Below, one piece after another: positions 53,501 through 64,000 of a stretch of DNA of 64,000 nt. A program made the position numbers and the translations under genes. A model generated the notes under the pieces. That model was not told where the DNA came from and searched no databases. It saw only the letters and a list, made by a program, of their open reading frames with translations. The stretch covers positions 74,958,001 to 75,022,000 of the forward strand of contig OX597817.1 of assembly GCA_951406725.2 (NCBI GenBank), read 5' to 3'. The DNA comes from Octopus vulgaris. Taxonomy: Eukaryota. The first letter of the stretch is position 1; each line of letters opens with the position of its first letter.

Positions 53501-54892
53501 AGCAATTAACACATTTTGATTAAAAACAATGCAGGAATTTTAAAAGCAAGTCTGTCAACACAACACAACACAAACTTCAAAAAAGACTATATGTATATTA
53601 TATACATATTTTCATTGCTGATTTCTCATTTGTTCTGCTTACTATAAGAAGTGAAACAGAGAAGTTAATATATTGGCAAAAACAAATTCCTTTTTGTAAA
53701 ATTGAAATCCATTGCAGTTAAAGGAAAAACTTGAAGGACTTTAACAGCTACTGTTTCAGGAATATAGAACAAACATACCAAAAAATACATTCTTCAGTAA
53801 TGTGACAGTGAGTGTGTATCATGATACTTCAGTTCTATTTGAAAGGTCATGTACAGATGCAAAATATATGATGAAAAACAATTATTTAAGAATTATTCCT
53901 CAAGACATGTGCTGTGTGGGAACCAGCATGTTAAAGAATAGACTCAATGTTACTTCTGCATGTTACAAAGAGGTTTAAGTAAGGTTTGCACTCTGATCTC
54001 ATAATACCCTCACCAGCAATGACTACCCAGACAGCCCCATGGGTTGTCACCCGAGTGGTACAAAGGTATCATCCACCAGAAATAGGGAATCACTAGCAAC
54101 TAGTGGATGCAGTGACATGCATAGTACTACTACTACAACCTTAAGAGACTACCCCCACCAGACTTTTTTTATTTTTTACAGCCCTTCATGTACCCAACCC
54201 CCATTTGTTTCCAAGTGAGTTAATATTTCCCCATGATGGGACATTTTTCATAGAAGATTGGAAATGAATTACACTGCTTGGATGATACTAGCACTTGTTT
54301 TACAACTATCATTTGCAGTTAAGACAAAGATGAAAACACACACATGCACACACACACACACAACAGGCTTCATGCTGTCTGATAAATCTACTCACAAGGC
54401 TTTTGACACTTATTGGAACAGTGAAGACAGACAGACAGATAGATAGATAAATGATAGAAAATGGAATGAATGACATTCTCTATTTAAAACCATTACAATT
54501 GTTTCAAGCCATTTTTACACCTACAGTACATTGGTGAGCTGTTGTGTAATCATTCCTGATGTATATCCAGTAGCAGGAGCATTTCTGCTGTCTGATGACA
54601 TCAGGTAACCAATAACTTTGGATGAGCTTTGCATAGCATTTCACAAGGTTTTACCTGAATCTTATTTAACTTATCAAACAGACCTTTCTGGTGCTGATGC
54701 CATGCGAAAAAGCATTCAGTTCACTTTGTAAAATGGTTGACATTAGGAGGCATCCAGCTGTGGAAATAATGTCAAAACAGACAGCAGATCTTGAAGCAGT
54801 TCTCTGTGTCACCAGCTCCTGTTAAACTGTCCAACCCATGCCAGCATGAAAGACATGTTAAATGATGATACACACACACACACACACACACA

Positions 54893-56126
54893 CAGACACA
54901 CATAACAGAAGTAAATAGACACCTTCATAATCATTAAAATTTATTTAAATCTGAAATTATACATTCCAATTATTCATTAAATGTTATAATGTGAATATTT
55001 AATATTTAGTAGACATGCCTTTTGCATTTCTCAATGCAAGGACCCTATTAGGCATGTTACTGATCAGATGACAAATATTCACTTGCAGAATTTCTTGCTA
55101 AGTTTCATGCAGTAATCTCAAAAGATCTGGCTTTGAAGATGCTTTCTTATTCTTTTTAATGAAGTGACCTGTCCATTATGTCCCAGGGGTGTACAATAGG
55201 GTTCATATCTGGTGACTGGTTTGGCCATGGAAGCTTTTTAATGCCATTCTCATCCAGCAAATCTTGGGTTATTTTAGCTGTGTGGCAAGGAGCCCCATCT
55301 TCCATAAATACAGAGTCTTCTTTAATCATTTCACCACTGGAGAAGATTGAAAGGAGTCCTTTCTGAAATATGGACACATTTATGTTTCCCTCGCCAGTTC
55401 TGATCAACCATTGATCCAAATTGCTCCTCCGACCATCACAGAATATCTACTGTGTTTCATTGCTGGCTGTAATCTTTTCACATCAAATTTTTGATCACTG
55501 AGTGTCCAGAACCACACTCGACCACTGTCAGGAAATACAGCAAATCTGGATTCATCAGAGAATATGATAGTGTCCCAAAATGCTAGTGACCTCTCCACCA
55601 TTTCACGGGCCCAGTCCTTTCTCTGCCTGATGTGGCTGGTCAAAGAAGTGGCTTCTTTCTTGCTGCTCTGCCATAGTAGCCAAGTTTGTGAAGATACCCG
55701 ACAGCTGTTCTGGGACTGACATCAACTTGTTCTGCTATGTCAGAGGCCTTGCAACGAGGATTATCCTCCACACTTCTCCTAACAAAGAGAAGGGTCATGC
55801 CAGAGGGCCCTGGTTGATCTGGGCAAGGTGATGTGGACACCTTCCCTTCTCTAATGAATTGCACAATTACTTTATTAACTGTAGAAAGTGGGATCCTAAG
55901 GTTTTCTGTGATTTTACATGATGTCCACCTTCAGAATGACCCACAATATAGCCTCTTTGAAATTCAGACAGTTCTAAGGTTTCTTTTGTACATGGCATGA
56001 TTAAACAGTCACATATAGAACCTGAAACATAAAAATGTTAATTAATAAAAAATATAAACCATTGCAAATTGGAATAAACATAAAAACGATGTTTTATGGG
56101 GTGTCTATTTACTTCTGTCATGTCTG
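54893..56126 (-). mobile_element. Tc1-like DNA transposon relic
   Basis: Terminal inverted repeats acagaagtaaatagacacc / ggtgtctatttacttctgt; frameshifted IIFSDESRF, FMEDGAPCH and WPNQSPDMNPI. Confidence 0.9.
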
Positions 56127-56147
56127 TGTGTTTATATTATATATATA

Positions 56148-57600
56148 TTGTCGTGTGGAAGTAAAACACCCCTATTGGTTGGCTCCTTATGGACTGCGCC
56201 ACAATATAAATGGACATACGCAGAGGCCCTTCAGAAGTGTAAAGCCAAGAGTTGCGTATTGTCAAGGGTTATTACCAGTATCTTGAGTAGAATGATTTGT
56301 GAGGACATTATTATTATCCTGTTATATCGCACGTTGAACATGTGATACAACAGTGCACCTAGGTTTCAAATAGCACCAAAATGGAGAAAACAACAAGAGC
56401 AGCAACAGCAGCAACTACAGAAGTTAACAGAGTTGTTACTGCAGTCAAGAAATACGACAGAATCATTTTCAGCAGAAGATGATGCAAACTTCATCGAAGA
56501 ATTTCAGTACAAACCGGATGAAGGAACTACCTTTTACTGCGTATTACAGGTGATACGAAGACATATCCAGAGAGGAATGCAAGGGATGGTCTAGTGAAAG
56601 GAAGGTAAGGCTACATTTGCGTAAACTTACCCCTCTGGAACATGAAAGTTTTTGTAACTTTATTTTGCCGAGAAAGCCTGCGGAATTGTGTTTTGATGAA
56701 ACAATAAATATTTTGATTAATATTTTTAGGGAAAAAGTTCGCTGTTTAACATTCGGTGGGAATGTTTAAATTTAAAGAAAAATGAGTCCGACGACTTTGT
56801 AACATATGCTGGTATTGTCCATAAGGCTTGTGAAAGGTTTAAGATGGAAGAATTAAAACCAGATATGTTCGAGTGCCTAATATTTGTTAAAGGGATTGTG
56901 GCAACAGGAGACGCAGAAATTAGAAAAAGAATATTATCAAAGTTGAATCAAGATGTGAAACTAACCTTGCAGAAAATGGCTGAGGAATGCCAACAAATAA
57001 TAATCCTTTGAGAAGATACAAGAAAAATAGAAGACAATAATAATAAGAATAATATACAAACCTGGGAATGTTTATTTAAAGAAAAATGAGTCGATGACTT
57101 TGTAACATATGCTGGTATTGTCCATAAGGCTTGTGAAAGGTTTAAGATGGAAGAATTAAAACCAGATATGTTCGAGTGCCTAATATTTGTTAAAGGGCTT
57201 GTGGCGACAGGGGACGCAGAAATTAGAAAAAGAATATTATCAAAGTTGAATCAAGATGTGAAACTAACCTTGCAGAAAATGGCTGAGGAATGCCAACAAA
57301 TTAAAAACCTTTGAGAAGATACAAGAAAAATAGAAGACAATAATAATAAGAATAATATACAAACCTGTAAAGAAAGTACAGAAAAAAAAATATAAATCCA
57401 AAACTGTGCTATGGTTGCAGGGACCCGCATTTTAATAAAGATTGTTTTAAGTGTGGTAAAATTGGGCATAGACAGTTGAAATGCTGGTTGAAGAAAAATG
57501 TAAAAAATGAGAAACCAAAGAAAGTCTATTCAAAAATAAATTATACCACACAAAACTGAAAATTTGTGTCGGTAGAAATAAATGATTTTCAGACCTTTAC
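56148..57600 (+). mobile_element. Gypsy-type LTR retrotransposon relic (gag)
   Basis: Frameshifted gag (KVRLHLRKL...NFILPRKP...SLFNIRWECLNLKK...DDFVTYAGIV...CLIFVKGL), CCHC knuckles near 57407-57484, internal ~305-bp tandem duplication. Confidence 0.75.
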
Positions 57601-58524
57601 AACAGAAAGGAATAAGAAAAAATATATAGATAGGAGATGTACATGCCAGGCAAGTGATTTGATTTGAGACCATATGTTAGAATTAAAATAACTGCAGCAT
57701 GGAAGATACATTTTAGCCATTCAAAAACACACACCAAAGACTGCTAACTTCACTTGAACATTTATTAGTTGTTGTATGGAGTCAGATTTTTTTGTAAAAT
57801 TTTGACACTATATAACAAATAATAAATATTCAAGTGAACATAACAGTCTTTGACGTTTGTTTTGAATGGCTTATGTATGTCTTACACATAGTTATATAGC
57901 CTTTAATATTTTAGGTATCTCAGAATACCAAATACACTTGTCACTTATCCCATTATCGTATATCCTTCTTATCATAATCATTGTTGCCTCTCATGCTTCT
58001 CACTCAATAAAGAAACAAACAAGCAAGCAGCAATATAGTATTATGAAGTCCCTTTAGTGGTAATGAGAACATGGCTACCTCTCTGATGCTGGTTTTATGA
58101 AAAACACATCTAGCATACTCTGTAAAGTTTGAAGCTGTGAGGATTCTTTAGTCCTATCGAGAACATGACACCTCTCCAGAGCTGGCGCCAAGAGAAATGC
58201 ACTCAGTACACTCCAAAAAGTGGCTGGTGTTAGAGAAGGGTCTCCATCTGTATAAACCAAGCCAGAATGAAATATGAGTGAAAATTAGTTTACCCACAAC
58301 TTATCTAGGTAAGGAAACCATCCAACCCATGCAAGCATTGACAGTGGACATAAAATGACAATGATGATTGAAGAAAAGGAAGAAGATGATGATGATGATG
58401 TGAGTGAATGTGTGTGTGTGAGTGAATACATGTGTATGAGTGTGTGCATGCAGTTTTGTATGTGTAACATTTAATTTATGTTGGCATGTTAAACAAGCAA
58501 AATAACAGGAAAAAAAGGTCTTAC

Positions 58525-58673
58525 CTTGACTTTAAGTCTCGATGTAATATATGTCGTGAATGTATATAGTTGACTCCCAGCAATATCTGAATAAACCAAT
58601 CTAATGTCTGTTTTACACTTATTGTGTTTTTAGCCCTCACACATTTTTCAATATATTGATCCAGATCTCCACC
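58525..58673 (-). CDS. NEK11: NEK11-like kinase exon (catalytic loop)
   Basis: ctgtag|...|gtaaga, 149 nt. GGDLDQYIEKCVRAKNTISVKQTLDWFIQILLGVNYIHSRHILHRDLKS(R); HRDLK intact; phase 0 to 2. Confidence 0.95.
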
Positions 58674-58707
58674 CTACAGAGATTAAATTGAGAAGTTGTC
58701 AATAATG

Positions 58708-58774
<67 letters not shown>

Positions 58775-59047
58775 CAATAATAATAATAATAATGATAATA
58801 ATAATAATAATAATAATAATGGGTTCAAGTTTTGGCACAATGCCAGCAACTTTGGGGTGGAAGCAGGTTAATTGCATCAACCCCAGTGCTCACCTTGTAC
58901 TTATTTTATTGACCCCAAAAGAATGAAAGGCAAAGTTGACACCAGCAGAATTTGAACTCAGAACATTAAGTCTGACAAAATACTGCTAAGCATTTTGCCT
59001 GGCATGCTAATGATTCTGCAGGGTGCCACCTTAATTATGATAATATT

Positions 59048-59127
<80 letters not shown>

Positions 59128-59264
59128 TGAGTTCAAATTCTGCTGAGGTTGACTGCCTTTCATCTTTATGAGATCTATAAAATATGTACCAGTTACATAC
59201 TGGGGTCCTTATAATCAACTAACCCCTCCCCCAAATTTCAGGCTTTCTTCCTTTAGTAGAAAAG

Positions 59265-59314
<50 letters not shown>

Positions 59315-59344
59315 CATTATTATCATTATTATTATTATTATTAA

Positions 59345-61330
59345 ACAATATGAAGAGCGCGATGCAATTGCAATAGATATTTTATTGGTTTGAATGATAT
59401 TTCAACAGCTTGCCTGTCTTTGTCAAGTTCAAAATGAAAAGTGATACATAGAAATTCAAATTCAAAAGTCTGAACGAGGAGATCCTGTGTTCCCACTTTG
59501 ATGGAATGACATCATCTGTCTTCAATTTTACAACTTGCAAAAAGAAAAAGAAAGGAAAAAGAAAGGGGAAAAGAAGAAGAATATTTAATAAAACAGTTTT
59601 GTGTAAATATGAAATTCCCCTGTGATTTTGTTCATTCCTCCACAGTGTGATGTTAATAACTCACAAACATATTTCTCTTCAGGCATTTTGAGGACTGAAA
59701 GCGTAGCAGATTCAGAATATTTTCTGAGAATATGCACTTTCAAGTCTTTTTCAAAATTGCAGCTGTTTGATATAAAATGCTTGACAAGTTCTGTCGAACT
59801 ACTATTATTGTACCTGACATCATATCTGTGTCCACTGAATCTTTAGTTTAATTATTCTGTTGTACAACCAACATAAATCAAGTTGTGTTTGGTGCATTCT
59901 GCTGTGTACACCAAATGGGAATCTCTACACATCCCACCTTCTGTATAAATCATAACATTTCTGTTATGATTCTGAATAGAATTGACTTGACTCATGTTGT
60001 TGCACAATGAACAGGGCTTACTTCTCATGCGGCTGCTTTTCAAGGTACAGTGAGAAGAAACACCAATGTTAGTTTTCTTGGGCTCAGAAGTAGAGGTTAA
60101 TAGTTTTCTTATATTTTTATTTCAATTAAAGGATACAATAGGCAGTTGAGGCAATTGTTTGAAACGAGGATAATTTTCTGAAAAATGCTGGTAACTTTCA
60201 TGTAACACTTTTGAAATATCAGCAAGATTTTGGTGCCAGTTAATCACAAAAGGAATTCCATCACATATTTTACTTTGCTAAAATTATACATGGCTTTCCT
60301 TGCTAATATTAGCTATGTCATTTGCAATTTCCTTTAATCATGATTCATTGCAACTGTGTTTGACATAATGGAGTACAAAAGCATTTGCATGTTTCTAGTA
60401 ATCCCCTATATCAGTACAAATTCATTTTATCCTAAAAAATTGGGATTTGGGATTTGACTGAATTATATAATGGAATGATGTGGGCTTGCAAAATAATTCT
60501 GTCACTATTCTGCCTCCAGGAAACTCAACTTTTGCGTCCAAAAATTCAACGCTAATTTTTGAAAAACTAGACAAATTTTATGTTGGACTTAAAGCCATAG
60601 TTTTTAGCATAATAGTCACAGAAATGCAAGAAGTCAATTAAACTATTCTGAGATCCATCCCAGACAAAAAAGATGTCATCAATGAACTGTAATCAGAGTA
60701 TTGGTTTATGACCATGCAAGGATTTGGATGTCTTCAGTAACTGTGTCTCAAATTTCGTCATGAAAATATTAGCGAAATTAACTGCCATAGGGGTACCCAT
60801 GGTACAACCCCTCAGCTGGTGGTAAATTTTTGTCCAAACTTCATTGTGTTACTTCGTAACACAAACCTCAATAGTCTACAGAAAAAATTAGATGGAATAC
60901 TTTTATTTAACCCCTTTTTGAAGGCATTCCTGCATGCTTCTACCCTTTCATCATAGTCAATATAGGGATAAAAGGAAGAAACATCTATGGTTACCAAAAA
61001 ACAGTTCTCAACATTGCTTCAGTGTTTAAAAAAGTTGTTGATTTAGACACAAAATCAAAAGTATCCTGAATATAGGAACTTGATCTTTTTGTGACAGGGA
61101 GTAGAAATCTTTTCTTTTTTTCTTTCTTTTTCTTTTTGCCATTTGTGAAATTGAAAATCGAAGACTGATGATGTCATTCCCTCAAAGTGGGAATGCAGGA
61201 TCTCCTCAGTCAAACTTTTGAATTTGAATTTCTATGTATTGCTTTTCATTTTGAACTTGATAAAGACAGGCAAGCTGTTGAAATATCATACAAACCAATA
61301 AAATATCTATTGCAATCACAGAGTGCTCTT
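59345..61330 (-). mobile_element. Old Penelope-like element with inverted pLTRs
   Basis: RT piece VTIDVSSFYPYI (60812..60997) and GIY-YIG piece LVYTAECTKHNLIYVGCT (59852..60043); ~220-bp inverted repeats at ~59345-59565 and ~61110-61330. Confidence 0.85.
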
Positions 61331-61439
61331 TGTGTTGTCTATTTACCTTTGTGAGAAGTTATGCCAATCCTTTTAAAATATTATTATTATTTTCATATAC
61401 ACTCAACAGATTAGACTGTTGGAAAAGAAAAGAATCTTA

Positions 61440-61995
61440 ACATCAGGCTACAACAAGTAGCCTTAGATGCCAAGAACCCTCCTATCCGGTTACAGCAAGT
61501 AACCTTAGTTGCCAAGAACCCTCCTAAGTATCCTAGCTGTCCCTAATAACACTGTTTTCTACAGCTGTACTAAACTGGGTTTTATTCCTATTTCCTCTAT
61601 CCATCTGTTCAGATCTTTAGGGATAGTTCTCAACACACCTATAACTACTGGGATACATTTTACCTGCACTTTCCATAGTCTCTGTAATTCAATAGCTAGG
61701 TCCTGATACTTTGCTACTTGTTCTATACCTCTCATATTAATTTTTTCATTATTTGAGACTGTAAAGTCAATTATCTGGCACTTTCTATTCTCTTTATCTA
61801 CTACTACCAAATCAGGCCTTCTGGCTTCTATTACTCTGTCAGTCTGAATGTTAAAGTCCCACAACATCTTGTATACCATCTATCAGTATGTTCAAATCCT
61901 AGTTTTCTACAAAGCTCCCAGTGGATTGCTCTCCCTAGAATGTCATGTCTTTACTTGTATTCTTTCTGTGCCAGCATGCTACATTCACTTACTAT
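61440..61995 (-). mobile_element. R4/Dong-type restriction-like endonuclease remnant
   Basis: LWDFNIQTDRVIEARRPDLVVVD...KYQDLAIELQRLW in ORF 61559..61879. Confidence 0.8.
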
Positions 61996-62007
61996 ATGAG
62001 TAACGCT

Positions 62008-62079
<72 letters not shown>

Positions 62080-62086
62080 CACCACC

Positions 62087-62136
<50 letters not shown>

Positions 62137-62157
62137 CACTACTACTACTACTACTAC
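62008..62157. repeat. Compound (TAC)n/(CAC)n microsatellite
   Basis: Read directly. Confidence 0.95.
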
Positions 62158-62861
62158 GAAGAGCCAGAGTAAATAATACAAAGCATTTTGACTGACACAC
62201 TAATGATTCTGATGACAGCAACAAGAACAATCATTACCTCATTAACCACTAAAGGTTTACAAACAGATTTTAGAAGATACAGGAGGATACAGTATGATAT
62301 AATGTGAAGTTACAGAAAGGTAAGTAAACAGTAAAATAGCAAAACAAATCAAACAAGAAAAAATCCTAGCAGAATGGAGACTTCTAAGGGCTGCTTGGGG
62401 AAACCCCATAAAACCATGAATACCCTGACTACTAGGGCAAGTGCCCTTTCCTCATCCTCTTCCTTCAGTCTACAGGCACATGCTCAGAGTAGGCCCATTT
62501 ATTCAGATCAACATTACCACTTTCACACACCTTTCCACAAATTTGCTGGAAGGGAGCACTTTCCTCTCCACTCTCAATTTCTTTTTCAAGCAAAACTTGA
62601 AAAAGTAGATAAGAGCTTGGCCAAAGAGAAGGGAGTCTGTTTTCAGCCCTTTCAATCTGGTCCATTTCACAATCTCTCTCATTATGGCCACCTGTTCTTT
62701 TTTGCCAAAGCAAAGCAGTGAGATGATCTTAACACTTGATTTCAGATTTAATTCTCTGATAAACAAGTACAATTCTGAAAGTAAGAAGGGAATAAATAAG
62801 GCATAAATATCAACAAAAGAGTTCAAAAAGTGTTTGAATTCAATTACTAATATCTACTTAC

Positions 62862-63033
62862 TTCGCAATATTCAGTGATTATACAGAAACATTCATCATC
62901 AATTAATTTGTCTAGGAACTTCAGAATGTTTGGATTTGAGAGCTGTGATAACAAGGCTGCTTCCTGTTCAGCAGTATCAGTTTCTTTGGGTTTCTTTTCA
63001 TTGAGATAAATTTTTTTTAGAACCTTTTGGGAA
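62862..63033 (-). CDS. NEK11: NEK11-like kinase exon (subdomains II-V)
   Basis: tttatag|...|gtaagt, 172 nt. Translates SQKVLKKIYLNEKKPKETDTAEQEAALLSQLSNPNILKFLDKLIDDECFCIITEYCE, resembling NEK11 KVLK..EAQLLSKL.HP.I.KF..FCIITEYCE. Ends in phase 0. Confidence 0.92.
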
Positions 63034-63090
63034 CTATAAATGAAAAATTTTAAAATAAGCTTGAGTTTGATTTAAACATTCATAAAGCAT

Positions 63091-63994
63091 GAGATAGTAT
63101 CAAAAGGTTCCTAGACTAGTTATGTTTAATAAAAATAACTTATTTACCTAAAGTTTTAACATCATTTCCTTTGAAAATAACCACCTTGTATAGCAATACA
63201 CTGGTCCCAGCATTCCACTTTTGGAATCTGGCCTGGAAGATGCTAGCAAGTCAAGGACCTTCTGTGATTTGCTCTTAATTTTGACAATAGTGCTAAAACG
63301 GCAACCTTTGAGCTACCTTTTCATCTCGGGGAAGAGATGGATGAACATAGGTGCTACATCTAGTGAATAGGGTGGGTGTAGAAGTGATACCATGTTGTTT
63401 TTAGTGAGAAACTCATGAGTAAGGAGAGCTCAGTGACAGGGTGCATTGTTTAGCCATTGGAATCCAATTCCTCATGCTTCACAGATCCAGTTGCTTTTGT
63501 TGATTGCCCTCCATTAGACGCTTCAAAATGTCACAGAATTTTTGATTGATGGTCTGGCTCTGCAGGATGAATTCTTGATGTACAATATTGTGGATGCCAA
63601 AAAAAAAAAAAAAATGAGCATACTCTTGATTGAGCTGCAGCTCAATCATGCCTTTTGAAACATCTGCACCACTCAAAACATTGCATATGAACCACTGCCT
63701 TGTTGCCGTAAACTTGCCAAAGCATGCTCAATGTCTCTGAGACAGATTTTCTGAGTTTAACACAAAATTTCATGTTGGCTTTTGTTCCAACTTCCTGTCC
63801 AGGATAAAATTGCAGACTACCACATACACATGAGCACAAAAGCACAAATTTCCCAATTTGTGAAGTAAGCATAGCAATGTCACTCGGCACAGTGCCTCAC
63901 GAAGGTCACTGATAGCTTTCACTGTACATGCAAATGTGTGCTGCCATCTGTTGGTATACTACAGAACTAGTCTGGGAATATTTTGATACCACCT
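63091..63994 (-). mobile_element. Internally deleted mariner relic
   Basis: Imperfect TIRs gtatcaaaaggttcctagactagtt / aactagtctgggaatattttgatac; KFCVKLRKSVSETLSML..VYG helix-turn-helix remnant and IVHQEF..QTIN. Confidence 0.8.
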
Positions 63995-64000
63995 AATATG

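Noticed and set aside
62330-62730. Second host gene or extra exon (ORFs 62374..62826)
   Set aside because: Similar sequence recurs at ~28470-28730, so it is a dispersed repeat, possibly an L1/Tx1-like 3' remnant, and no exon is needed between 62862 and 58673.

Overview
Eukaryotic, AT-rich, microsatellite-dense DNA with a repeat complement typical of an octopus (coleoid cephalopod) genome; the taxon is inferred from the repeats. The whole window lies inside one minus-strand NEK11-like Ser/Thr kinase gene. Nine GT-AG exons splice in frame from kinase subdomain II to the C-terminal regulatory region; the first and last coding exons lie outside the window. The introns hold tRNA-derived SINEs, RTE and R4/Dong-type LINE remnants, Penelope-like elements (PLEs), Tc1/mariner relics, TTAA MITEs, a Helitron-type element, a solo LTR, a Gypsy gag relic and an 84-bp satellite. 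The most unusual signal is a set of type I hammerhead ribozyme (HHR) motifs from several unrelated repeat families. These include a ~450-nt rod-like palindrome with one hammerhead in each polarity at its ends (6644-7095) and a 359-bp tandem/inverted retrozyme-like unit (784-1727). All alignments and folds were done by eye; almost all ORFs in the supplied track are microsatellite or repeat noise.
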